Of a DNA stretch of 44,914 nucleotides, positions 34,691 to 44,914 are shown one piece after another (position 1 is the first letter of the stretch; every line of letters starts with the position of its first letter). Below the pieces are notes generated by a model. It ran no database searches. It worked only from the letters and a program-made list of their open reading frames with translations, and had not been told where the DNA came from. A program made the position numbers and the translations under genes. Source of the DNA: Microbotryum violaceum (taxonomy: Eukaryota); contig LN717261.1 in the NCBI GenBank assembly GCA_001244265.2, forward strand, positions 3,425,591-3,470,504, written 5' to 3'.

Positions 34691-34995
34691 TGGGTGGAAA
34701 TTCAATATCATGGGTTCAAGTTGATTGTGGGAGAGCAAGCAACTTTTTTTTGGATCGGATCGGATCGGATCAGATCGAATCGCAGCCCAGCGCAAGTGAG
34801 GTGACCCGATTAAACAGCCGCAAGAGAGAACACGAACACTCTGTAGTCGACAATTGCTATTGTTGATCTAATCGTCGCGTCGACGCGCTCGCCCGCGTTG
34901 CTGCTGCTCTCCGACCCTTCTCTCACTTGCGCATCCACCCCGGCCTCGGCAACTGCACTACTGCATTCGCTCACCCCGCGTACTCACTCCTCGTC

Positions 34996-37204
34996 ATGGC
35001 CACGAGCACTGCACCAGCCATGACCGCGTACGCGCAACAACAGGCACTGCTTGCGCAACAGGCGCAACTCGCTCAACAGGCCGCGGCACAACAAGCAGCC
35101 CAACACGCTTTACAGCAGCAGCAGCAGCAACAACAACAGCAACAGCAGCAGTATACTCAGCGTGGACATCCTCAGGTCCGTTTGGAAACACTGCCTAGCC
35201 GCGCGTGCAGACGCTGATGTATCGGGGAGAGCCCGCACAGGCCAAAGCTGGTGCACCACCTGCGTCAACTGCTCAACCAGCACCACCGCCTCCTCCGCCC
35301 AACTTTCAGCAGTTGTCCGATGGCAACGATGGGCTTAGGCAGGCAAAGTGAGTCTAGCGAAGCGACCAACGTCGAACAGCTAAAACTCGCGCTGATTCGC
35401 GTCTCTGTCCCCCCCCCCAGGCGTCGCCGTCCAACCGATCGAACGCTCCCTTTGTTCGATTCATCATCCTTACCGACCATAGACAGTCCTACAGCTGCCA
35501 AACTGAACGAGTCGACCCAGACCCTCCAGGCGTTGGCGGAGAGTTACAAGGCGTTGCAACAGATTGAGCGCACGTTGGATTGGAACATTTCGCGCAAGAG
35601 GATCGAGGTGCAAGAGGGTTTGGGTGGGGGGAGGGTCCCTTCCGTACGTACTCACAGATTTCCACGCAGATTGGTTATAGTGCAGTATGAGGAGCTAAAT
35701 CGTATTGCTGACTTTGCGCAGACCAAGCGAACGCTAAGGGTTCATCTCGAAATTGAGGTCAAGGACCAGCCTTGGCAAGCGACGACCGCGCCGAGGGAGG
35801 AGCAAGCGATCGACGTGGCCGATGGAACGACTGCATCATCCACAAAACCGGCGGAAGTAGCAGCAGACAACGCGGCGGATGACAGGCCCAAGGTTGACTT
35901 TGTCAAGGGAACCGGCGTGCCCAGATTCGTTGTCAAGGTCTCGGGCGCCGTGTTGGATGTACGTCGACGAGGATAGCCATACAATGGATCCTTCAATCTG
36001 ATCTGTGGTCCTCTCTCTCTTCTTTGTCGTGCAGGAACCTACCAAAGGACCATCGCTGCGACGGCCGCTGACCGCCCTCGTTTCCCGCGTCGTTCTCGAT
36101 ACCGATCGCGATCCGACGCTGCATGACCGAACGGGAGCCATCGAGGTGAGCTGGAGACACATGACCGTAACCCAAGACGATAGTATTGATATCTTCTCTC
36201 CCACACAGTGGGTGAGACCGATACCGACCGCGAGCACACCTATTCCCGTCCTGCCTAAAGCGCTTTCCTTTACGATTCCCTCTTCGCAACCTACGACGTT
36301 CAAACTCTCGCTTTACCTCGATCACCGACCCGAGCGATTCGCGTTGGTGCCCGAGTTGGCGACGATCTTGGATATGCGAACAGGCGATCGAGTGGGCGTG
36401 TTGGCCGCGCTGTGGAGCTACATCAAGATGCATGGCCTTCAAGATCCGGATATGAAGCACATCCGTACTGACGATCAATTGCGAAAGGTGGGTTCCCGAC
36501 CATGCGATTCAGTGTTTTTGACAGTCGGGTCATGTCGGACCCACTGATACTGATCGTGATGCTCGGACCCATAGCTCTTGTCAGGCCAGGAACGAGTCCC
36601 ATTTCACCACTTGCCGGAATATACGAATCGTTTGCTGTTGCCTCATCCACCGACGGTGATCACTCATATGCTCTCCCTCTCCTCTACGGAGTCGACGTCG
36701 CAACATCTTGCATTCGACATGCCGATCTACATGGAAGATGCCTCACGCTACGAACTCGAAACCATTCTTCGTTCCTTGAACGCACCCCAACCTTTAATCA
36801 TCCAACTGGACGAAACGATCGCCGCGGCCGCATTCGAAGCCAAAGCTTCTCAATTGAAGAGAAATTTTTTGGTTGCGTTCGCGAGTGACCCTTCGGCTTG
36901 TTTGGAGGATTGGATTGAGTCGCAGGCGCAGGATTTGAAGGCTATTTTACATACGGGGGTGGATGGGAGGGGGAGTAAGGCCGTTGTTGGGGGTGAGGTG
37001 GGGTGGAGGGAGGAGTTTAGGAGGGGCGTCAAGTGGGAGGGGGAGTGGGTTAAGGAAGGCGCTAGTGTTTGGGCGCAGAGAAAGTTCGAAGGGAAGATCA
37101 GGGAACAGGTTGGAGGACCGAATGCGGCGACGGCGGTGGGCGCGGCAGGCGGGCAGGCGGCGATGCAAGCTGCGGTTGGGGGTGGGAGAAGCGGGAGGAG
37201 ATGA
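34996..37204 (+). CDS. SNF12: SWI/SNF-RSC subunit Snf12/Rsc6/SMARCD (BAF60) with SWIB domain, multi-exon
   Basis: Poly-Q N-terminus; RRRPTDRTLP; YKALQQIERTLDWNISRKRIEVQE; KRTLRVHL; ALWSYIKMHGLQD...IRTDDQLRK (SWIB); KRNFLVAFASDP..WIESQAQDL. Confidence 0.88.
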
Positions 37205-38072
37205 GCTAGCGTCAGTGGGTATGATTTGCGGGTTCGACCGGGTAGACGATCCTTTCTTGCCGTTATGATGTATTGAATTTGGAACCTGTCTGAATTGACG
37301 CTTTGATGCGGCTAGGCTCCAGTCGGTAATCGGTGACGTCTCCGAGTCGTGAGCGGGTGAACTTCCTTGCTACCACTTTTGTGAAATCCTGGCAAGTAAT
37401 TCTCCACGATATGGAGCGTCCAAAACGGCGGTGACGAAGAAGTATATGCGCGCCCTCAGATCAGCGGGTCTATATAGTTTCACAAAAGAAGCCGTCACCA
37501 CGTTTCGCGCTCCTTGTGCTGTATTGGACCCGACGCCAGTTGGCAACTTTAGCGCCTGCCTGATTTTCCATCGCATAATGCATTCACCAGCCTCATCCAG
37601 GGAGTTCGATGGCAGCCCCGATTTTTCACAAAAGTTTTACGAGATTTCACCCATTTTAAATAGGTCAAAAACACCCTACTGAAGCTTTAGTGATCTTGTC
37701 TGGTCTGTGGAGGCTGGCTTTCGTTATAGCCCCGCCGTAGAAATCCCACCGAAACTCGCCCCACTCCTGTCGTTCACAACGCGCAGTACAAAGTATTACA
37801 TTCAAATTCATCCATAGATAATATTGCAAAACAGGAACGCAGATGTCGAGCACGATTCTACTCGCAAAGCACCTTGGTGGCAGGGGGTTACATTCCCCCT
37901 TTGGACCACGTGAATCATTCGGATTGAGCGGGATGTTTGTGCCATCGGAGGCCTTGTTCGACGCGTGTCAAAGAATTAAGGGGCTTCAAGAAGTATAGCG
38001 GTCTCAGGGGGGTCTGAAGTCAAAAGATCGAAGAAGGTTCAACTGTACAACTATGATCGGATTCGCCTGTAC

Positions 38073-38261
38073 TGTTGCAACAAGGACTAAGAGGTACTCC
38101 ACGACTCAGCTCGGAGATACACGAGTGAGATGATGAGAATAGCGTGGAGAAGGAGCCCAGAAGGAAAAAAGACGCAAAGACAAAGATAGGCGCGCGCGCA
38201 GAATAAAGTATTAACCAAGACTAATAGCAATGAGTTCGGCTCTCAGACCCCACTTCTAACA
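38073..38261 (-). repeat. Putative 3' LTR of the Copia element
   Basis: On the minus strand TGTTAG directly follows a purine-rich tract (GGTGGAAG) at the end of RNase H, and a candidate ...CAACA end lies at 38073. The left boundary is uncertain because no second LTR is available for comparison. Confidence 0.6.
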
Positions 38262-40483
38262 CTTCCACCGGTTAAAGAGACTAACGAGACCATTCCAAGT
38301 AGCGCACGAAGTTGATCAAAGCGTTGAAATCCCAAAGGCTTCGTCATAATATCCGCGGCATTGACGTGGGTAGGGCAGTATTCAAGTTCGACCTCGCCAG
38401 AAGCAACCCGTTCTTGAACGAACAAATGAGCAATGTCGAAGTGCTTGGTTCGCATGTGATCGACCGGATCCTTGGCGATCTGGATGCACGCGGCGTTGTC
38501 CTCTTGAATGATAGTAGGCTGTGCTTGTGGAATGCCGACATCACCAGCTAAATGATGGAGCCAGATTGCTTCACGAGTGGCTGAGGATGCAGAGAGGATT
38601 TCGGCTTCGGTAGTGGATGTAGATTGTTGCTTCGACTGCCGGGAGATAACGCCGCCAGCGAGCATTGATGCATAGGCTCCCACCGATCTGCGAGATTCCG
38701 GGTCATCCGCAAACGAGGCATTGGAGTAGACCATCAATTGAGTTGTGGAACTGTTTCGATAAAGAATTCCCAAATCGATGGTGCTGTTGAGGTAGCGAAA
38801 TATACGCTTGACCGCAGCCCAATCGTCGACAGTTGGACAGGAGTTCTTTTGAGCAACGGCACGAACAGCAATTGCGATATCGGGTCGAAATCGAGTGGAC
38901 GCGTACTGGAGGGAACCCACAGCCGATTGGTACAATGACACATCGGCAAACGGAGTAGCGTCGGTTCGAAGCGAGGGGCGATTGTCCATGGGCGTGACTG
39001 CACGGCAGTTGGATGAAGAAGCGAAATCGAACTTCTCGAGCATAGTGCGGACATAATTGCTTTGGTGAACGAGGATGTAATCTTTGGTGCGATGAATTTC
39101 GAAGCCCAGGAAGTAGGAGACGGGTCCGAGACGCTTGAGCTGGAAGGCCTTGTGAAGCGATGCGAGCTCGGAGTCCAAGAAGGACTGATTGTTGGACGCG
39201 ATGAGACCGTCGTCAACATAGAGAGTAATGATAGCAAACGAAGTGCTTGAATGTTTGATGTAGAGGCAAGCATCGGCAGTTGCCCTCATGTAGCCTCGAG
39301 ACACCATGAGATCGTTGACGGCTCAATACCATTCACGGGGCGCCTGTTTGGTGCCATACATTGAACCCACGAGCTTGAGGCACTTGCCAGGGGGTTGAGG
39401 ACGATTCCATCCTTTTGGGTATCGATCATAGACATCCTCGGTCCTCGGTCATCTTGCCGTTGAGAAAGGTGCAGTCGAAATCGAACTGTTCGAGATACAG
39501 GCCCTGAGCAGCAGCCAGAGCAATCAAGAACAGAATCGTCGAAGAATGAGCGACAGGAGCGTAGGTGTCATGGTAGTCGATGCCTGGGCGTTGAGCAAAT
39601 CCTTGAGCAACGAGACGAGCTTTGAAACGAATGATTTTGCCGTTTGCATTGCGCTTGATACTGTAGACCCAGATCGTGCCGAGTACCCGAATTCCTTCGT
39701 GCCACTTGACTTCCTGAAAGACTCCATGATGATCAAATTGTAGAAGTTCTGAGACCATTGCCGCACTCCAATGGTTGCGATAGGGTGACTTCATGGCTTC
39801 CTCGAATGTCTTAGGTATCTCGATGTCTTCTTCGGCGAACACGGCAGCACAGTAGGCATCGTAGGAAAGCTTGTTGTGGAACATGGGTGGAGTATCCAAG
39901 ACATCGACCATGATAGCCGAAATGATGGGAAGTATATTTTCCGGAGGTTGAGGTCGACGACGAGAACCAGCAGGAAGGATGTTGGAAGGATCAACATTCT
40001 CGAATTGGCCAGGATTTGGAACAGTGCGAACGACGGCGTAACCTTCACGAGGAGCGAGAACGACTTCCGCCTCACCGTCGAGTGGTTCTTCTGCGTCATG
40101 ATAGTTATCAGGTCCATCGTCGAGTCCATCGTTGTCGTCATTGTCGTCATCCTTACGAGGAACGACTGCAAGATCCCCCCCCCCCCTGTTGACCGAATTC
40201 AATTGGAACCACCGGAGGAGGCTGTGGATCCGGCAAAGCTAGATCCACAACAGGTGAAGTTGGTGTAGACGGCAACACATCTGGCGGAGGATGAGGAGGT
40301 TGAGAATGATGAACGGGATCGGAAGCGTCCGCATGATCTTGAGACGAAGTGACGACGGAAGGAGTCTCAAGGAATGTGATGTGACGCGAAACGTAGACCT
40401 GTTTCGACAATTGGACCCAGACACGGTAGTTGTATTCACCGGAGTACCCGATGAAAACTCCCTGAATGGAGCGAGGTGCAAGC

Positions 40484-40684
40484 TGAAAGGCACGAGATTG
40501 CTCTCGAGCCTCACTGGTTCCGAGTCCAAACTGAAAGGATCAAACGGTGTAATTCGCAGGCGAAGAAAGACTACTAAAAGGACTAAGGTCAAGAGACGCG
40601 GCGGCGCCGCGCGCGAGGGCAAGCGTGAGGCCGCAGAGGTCGGCTCGAGGTCGTCGTGAGGCGTAAGCGGAGCGGCGCCTTACA
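40484..40684. mobile_element. 201-bp solo LTR nested in the Copia integrase
   Basis: Termini TGAAAGG...CCTTACA with a 5-bp target duplication CAAGC (40479-40483 and 40685-40689). Removal restores KERRSKLAPRSIQGVFIGY. Confidence 0.88.
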
Positions 40685-43089
40685 CAAGCTTGGAGCGACG
40701 CTCCTTGGGAACGTGGACAAACGCCGTAGATCCGAATGGCTGAAGATGAGCAAGACTAGGCTTCTTGCCGAGAAGGACTTCGATTGCCGTTTTTCCTTGA
40801 ATACGAGGATGTGGTCGACGATTGAGAACAAATGTCGCGACGGCCAGAGCATCTGACCAGAATCGCATGGGAAGACCGGAGTCGAGGAGCATTGATCGAA
40901 CGAGACCCATGAGAGATCCATTGAGTCGCTCTACTTGACCATTTTGCTCCGGAGTATAGGGGGCCGTGAATTCCACGATGGTGCCCTGCTTTTCAAGAAG
41001 AGCCCGAAACAATGAGTTGTTGAATTCACGACCATCGTCCGATCTGACCCTCTTGATTTTCTGACCCGTTTGACGCTCGGACTCGGCTTGAAACTTCGAC
41101 CATGCTTCGATAATCGTCTCAGCCCTCTTGTCCTTTAGCACGATCGTCCATTTAGCCGTCGAATACTGATCCACGATAGCGAGATAGATAGTATCGCCAT
41201 TTCGATTGGGATGTTCGACAAACCCGAGATCGATAAAGACGCGGTAGAGTGCATGAGGCGCTTCGGTACTCTTGTTGGAGAAGGGTGATCGCTTTGACTT
41301 GGCCTGGATGCACGAGAAGCAAGGAGTAACCTTTTCGTCCTTCAGAGTGATGCCAGTGATAGCCCCGGATTTGACGGCCAAAACGATCGCCGCAGGAGAT
41401 TGATGGCCCAACTTCAGGTGTGCTTCCATCAACGTACAGGTTCCAGTGAGACGATTGGCTCCGACCATTGAAGGCAATGAGGATGACATGATAGGCTGAA
41501 CGGGAGCTGCATCCATGACAAACCCCGACCAGGAAGCGAGCGCAGAATCGACTTGCCGCGGATGCTAAAAATGAGATTGCTTTGGGGACCAACAGCGTAC
41601 GTCATCGATTCCAACAGACGGTCGATGGAGATAAAACCGCATTGAGCACCGGGAATGTAGTAGACCCTCTTAATGATGATACGAGCGCCATATGAGGTAA
41701 GAAACGTCACTGAGCCATGACCGGGAGATTCGATTTGAGATTGATCGGCGACAGAGATTTTGAGAGGCTCAGAGATAACGTCCGATAGGACCGACTTGTC
41801 TCCAACGCAATGGACCTTAGCACCCGAGTCAATGATCCATGGAAAACGTGGCATCGTTCGCGAATAAGGGAAAGTGTAGGTCATCAATGCAGATTCATCT
41901 ACACCAATGGCAGCTACGTTCGAAATTGAGTCCGAGGAAGCGGGAGCGCTCGCATCCTTGTTCCTGCTTGGACAGAGACGCCAACCACGCTCGTGTCCCA
42001 GTGCTTTGAAGCGCGAACAATACGACTTGGAGTAGTCCTTTTGCGCCGTGGTGGAAATACGGGCGACCAGGCTGGTATCGTCAACGATCCGAGCGGATAA
42101 CGATTCCTTTTGTTTGTTTCGGGAATCAGCCATTTCGACGTTCATCAGCAGTTTCGGATAGAACGTGTTCCAAACCATGTGGATGTCGATGTCGGAGGCA
42201 AGGTTCCCAACGATCGAGTCATACTGGGCTGGGAGCGACCGAACGAGCATGCCTGCAAACAGCCAATGCGGAAGCGGAGCTCCGAGGTTCTGAAAATCGG
42301 TCATGGCGATTTTGACCTTGTTGACGAATTCCTTAAAAGCAAGAGGTCGGAGGGCTGCTTCATCTGACAGATCCTCAATGGCATTGTAGTCCGCTCGCAT
42401 CTGGGTAATGTGGTCTGCCATTGCAAGGAAACACGGGGTCCAAGTCGTTGGTTGGGGAGGGGGCCGCTGCACGAGGAGGGTACCAGGTGTGGGTAACTGG
42501 GCTACGATCAGGGTAGAAGGTAGGGCAACTGTCTGGGTAGAGAGTGGTAGAGAGTCGCGGCACGAGAGAAGCACGAGGTGCACGTGCCTGTTTGTGGGTC
42601 GGAGGGCGATTTGCCTGTTGGAGGTGTAGGTGGGGCGGGGTTTGGCGAATTGTAGATGTTGTTGAGCCCGAGGAGGTTGGAGAGGAGGTCGTGGGGGGAG
42701 AAGGGTCGGGAGGGGGAGGAGAGAGGGAGGGGGGAGGGGGGGCCGAGGTGGATGAGGTCGGGCTCGTGTTCACACACCTCGCTTGACACGCTTCAAGCAC
42801 CCTGTGATGATGTGATTACAGTTGGGAACACTCTTGGAAACACTCATTGCAATGTTGAAACGATGCTGTGGTCATGTCATGAAGCCGCGAGGTGGCCTTG
42901 AGGAGGCCCGCAGAGGAGGTGAGGCGGGTGCGCCTCCCTGGTCACCGCGCGTGCACCGGCTGGTGCCTGTGAGGCTGAACCTTTGCGGCGCGGCTGAGAG
43001 CGGGGTCCAAGCGGGGCCTCATGGCGACCACCAGGCGCGCGGCCGCACGTGTACTGCAGCATTCTCGCTCAATCTCACGTCTGCAGTGG

Positions 43090-43230
43090 TCAGTGGTGGG
43101 ACAAGCGTGCTCTCGACAGGAAAAGCAGACGCCCCGAGGACAATGCGACTCAGGACCCAAGTCCCGTTGTTGACAATTGGCAAGTCGACCCACATCGCCA
43201 TGGACCCTCATGATATCAACTTCTCTGACG
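43090..43230 (-). mobile_element. Small Copia RT N-terminal fragment
   Basis: AMWVDLPIVNNGTWVLSRIVLGASAFPV resembles the AMxxExxxxxxNxTWxLVxxPxGxxAI motif; short and isolated. Confidence 0.45.
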
Positions 43231-43619
43231 GCGCCGGGGGCCGTTCTGGGCCGTCCTCGGTTACTAATCGGTCAGGAATTCGAAGCCCAGAGCGCCTCCG
43301 CCGTGCGCCCTCGTGCGCCGAGGTGCGCCGCGCCCGTTGTGAAAGCCATTCTAGTCTTCGTAGCTTAGACTTGACCTTCTCTTGCATTGAATCTCTCTTG
43401 AATCTCATCTCATCTCATCTCCTCCCTTCCGTTGAGAATCGTGTGCAGTGCCGTCAGAACCTTCTGCTCCAAGTGGCGATTGCGACAGGCCGCCCTGCAG
43501 CGTTTCCCAACCATCCCCCAAACAACACAAAAACAAAACCCCATTCACCGCACAACCCACCCACCACGACCTAATTCTGCCTATACTTGGCTCCACTCCC
43601 GAACTCACAACCCCATCCT

Positions 43620-44720
43620 CACCCTTCCCGATCACTGTGGCTCCTTCAACGGACGCACAACAAACGCCTCGATCGCCTTCCACGTCGCGATCGGACACGT
43701 CCACCACCCGCCGAGTTTCGCAACGCTTGGCCCGACACCCCGTGCCCACTCCATCGTCCCGAAGTAGTCCTCAACCTCGGGACTCATCCCCAAACCCGTC
43801 GAACCGAGGCGCAATACTCCAGACTTGGCAGGTGGTCGCATTCCTTTAGCCGAGCTCGGCACATTCACGAGGACCTCACTTGTTCCCACCAACTCGATCT
43901 CAACGTTTTGCAGACGCAAAGTCATGATCAAGGGATTGACAAGGATTTGTGGCCCAGGACAATTCAAGGCATCAGGGAAACACGAACGACTCGAGTATTG
44001 TAACCGGGCGGATCGCAACTGAATTCGCAGAGGTCGATCGGCTCGAGTGCTCGGGAGAAATACTTGCGGAGAACAGCAGAGGGTAGAAGAGAGCAGGCGC
44101 AGCTCAAGCTTAAATGTCGCCAATACCTTGAGACTATGCTCTCATAGTGAGCGAGACTGGACTCGCTGCTTGGCGCTAAGTCCATCCTCCTCTTCAAGGC
44201 ACACTCATTTCTGACAGCAACTTTTTGAACAAGCCAGGCCTGCGATCGATTGCTGAAAAGAATGCGAAAGAGAAAACTGACTTGGGGGAAAGGGGAGACG
44301 GATCTACGAAACGACAGGACACAAAAATAGATCCCAATTGAGTAATACCTAGAAGTGGCGGGTGTGATGAAACCCGACCATGACAGCGACTCGAGCTCGA
44401 GCGAGGGTGGAAGTCGACGACGCACGAAGCCGCCGCGACATGTTGGATTTTGACTCGCTCAATTTGAACATCCGTAGACTGCCGCGATTTCCATGATCAA
44501 AAATATCATCAGTTACGGCACATACACCTACGAAACGCCGGCTCGCCATGCTTGACAAATTCGAAAAGGCTCACGTGAAGGGTTAGAATCCCCCCTTTAT
44601 AGGGTTCATAGACGCTCTTGCAGTAGGTGCAGCGCTTTTTCTTGTCTTTCGAGATGTCGTTCTTCAGCCAGGAATTGCGGTCTGAAGTGCGGAGGACACC
44701 GAAGATATGATGTGTAAGCA
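43620..44720 (-). pseudogene. hAT-family transposase remnant (BED-finger-like region and start of the catalytic core)
   Basis: KKRCTYCKSVYEPYKGG; RADRPLRI...FPDALNCPGPQIL (RPxxI...PS motif); GVLRLG-[frameshifted FDG]-MSPEVEDYFG (DxWxSP motif); IEAFVVRPLKEP (xxPLxxxHxG). Heavily degenerate. Confidence 0.65.
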
Positions 44721-44857
44721 ATTGTCAAGACCAAAAGTCGCATCATGTCTTCAAGGAGGCAAGCACGTACGAGCGTCGAGGCACTTCTGGTATTTTCCCC
44801 ACCAATCCTGGCCTCCACACTGGCATCGTAATGCGTATTCGTCAGCAACGAACTCCG

Positions 44858-44895
44858 CCCTCAAGCTTGCACAGGTCCCTCAAGCTTGCACAGGT
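44858..44895. repeat. Perfect 19-bp tandem duplication CCCTCAAGCTTGCACAGGT x2
   Basis: Two adjacent identical copies read directly from the sequence. Confidence 0.9.
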
Positions 44896-44914
44896 CCCCT
44901 CCCACGTAGTCATG

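Larger units (their letters stand above)
38073..42420 (-). mobile_element. Ty1/Copia LTR retrotransposon, degenerate and 5' truncated
   Basis: Domain order gag (LVRSLPAQYD, degenerate Zn knuckle), protease (WIIDSGA), HxxLGH/CxxC, integrase (RVRSDDGREF, EQNGQVERLN), RT (FKARLVAQGF, LYVDD), RNase H (EDNAACI, RTKHFDI, ADIMTKPL). Frameshifts include a 7-bp duplication near 39436-39449. No 5' LTR seen. Confidence 0.95.

Noticed and set aside
34752..34781. (GGATC)n pentamer run resembling the hAT subterminal repeats
   Set aside because: Short simple repeat just downstream of uL10m with no TIR or target duplication.

Overview
This is eukaryotic fungal genomic DNA. Short GT-AG introns with GTGAGT/GTACGT/GTCAGT donors, GC-rich coding sequence and the gene content point to a basidiomycete, plausibly Pucciniomycotina (inference). 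An intact housekeeping block at 22.3-37.2 kb holds PEX14, a C2H2 zinc-finger gene, an FHA/SLMAP-Vps64-like STRIPAK subunit, COX6, mitochondrial uL10 and a SWIB/SNF12-like subunit. It lies between two regions of decayed transposons. The left region has a truncated GH3 beta-glucosidase, two different Helitron types, a PIF/Harbinger element, two non-autonomous hAT elements, two apparently intact MFS transporters, a phospholipase A2 pseudogene, an 842-bp palindrome inside an unknown acidic-repeat gene and a Copia remnant. The right region has a degenerate Copia element with a nested solo LTR and an hAT transposase remnant. The most unusual signals are the 842-bp fold-back, a 103-bp hairpin insertion whose removal exactly restores a Helitron reading frame, and three long COX6 introns (one with nested stems, two with AG-free stretches over 200 nt). 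All calls come from reading motifs by eye; no searches were run, and no new system is demonstrated.
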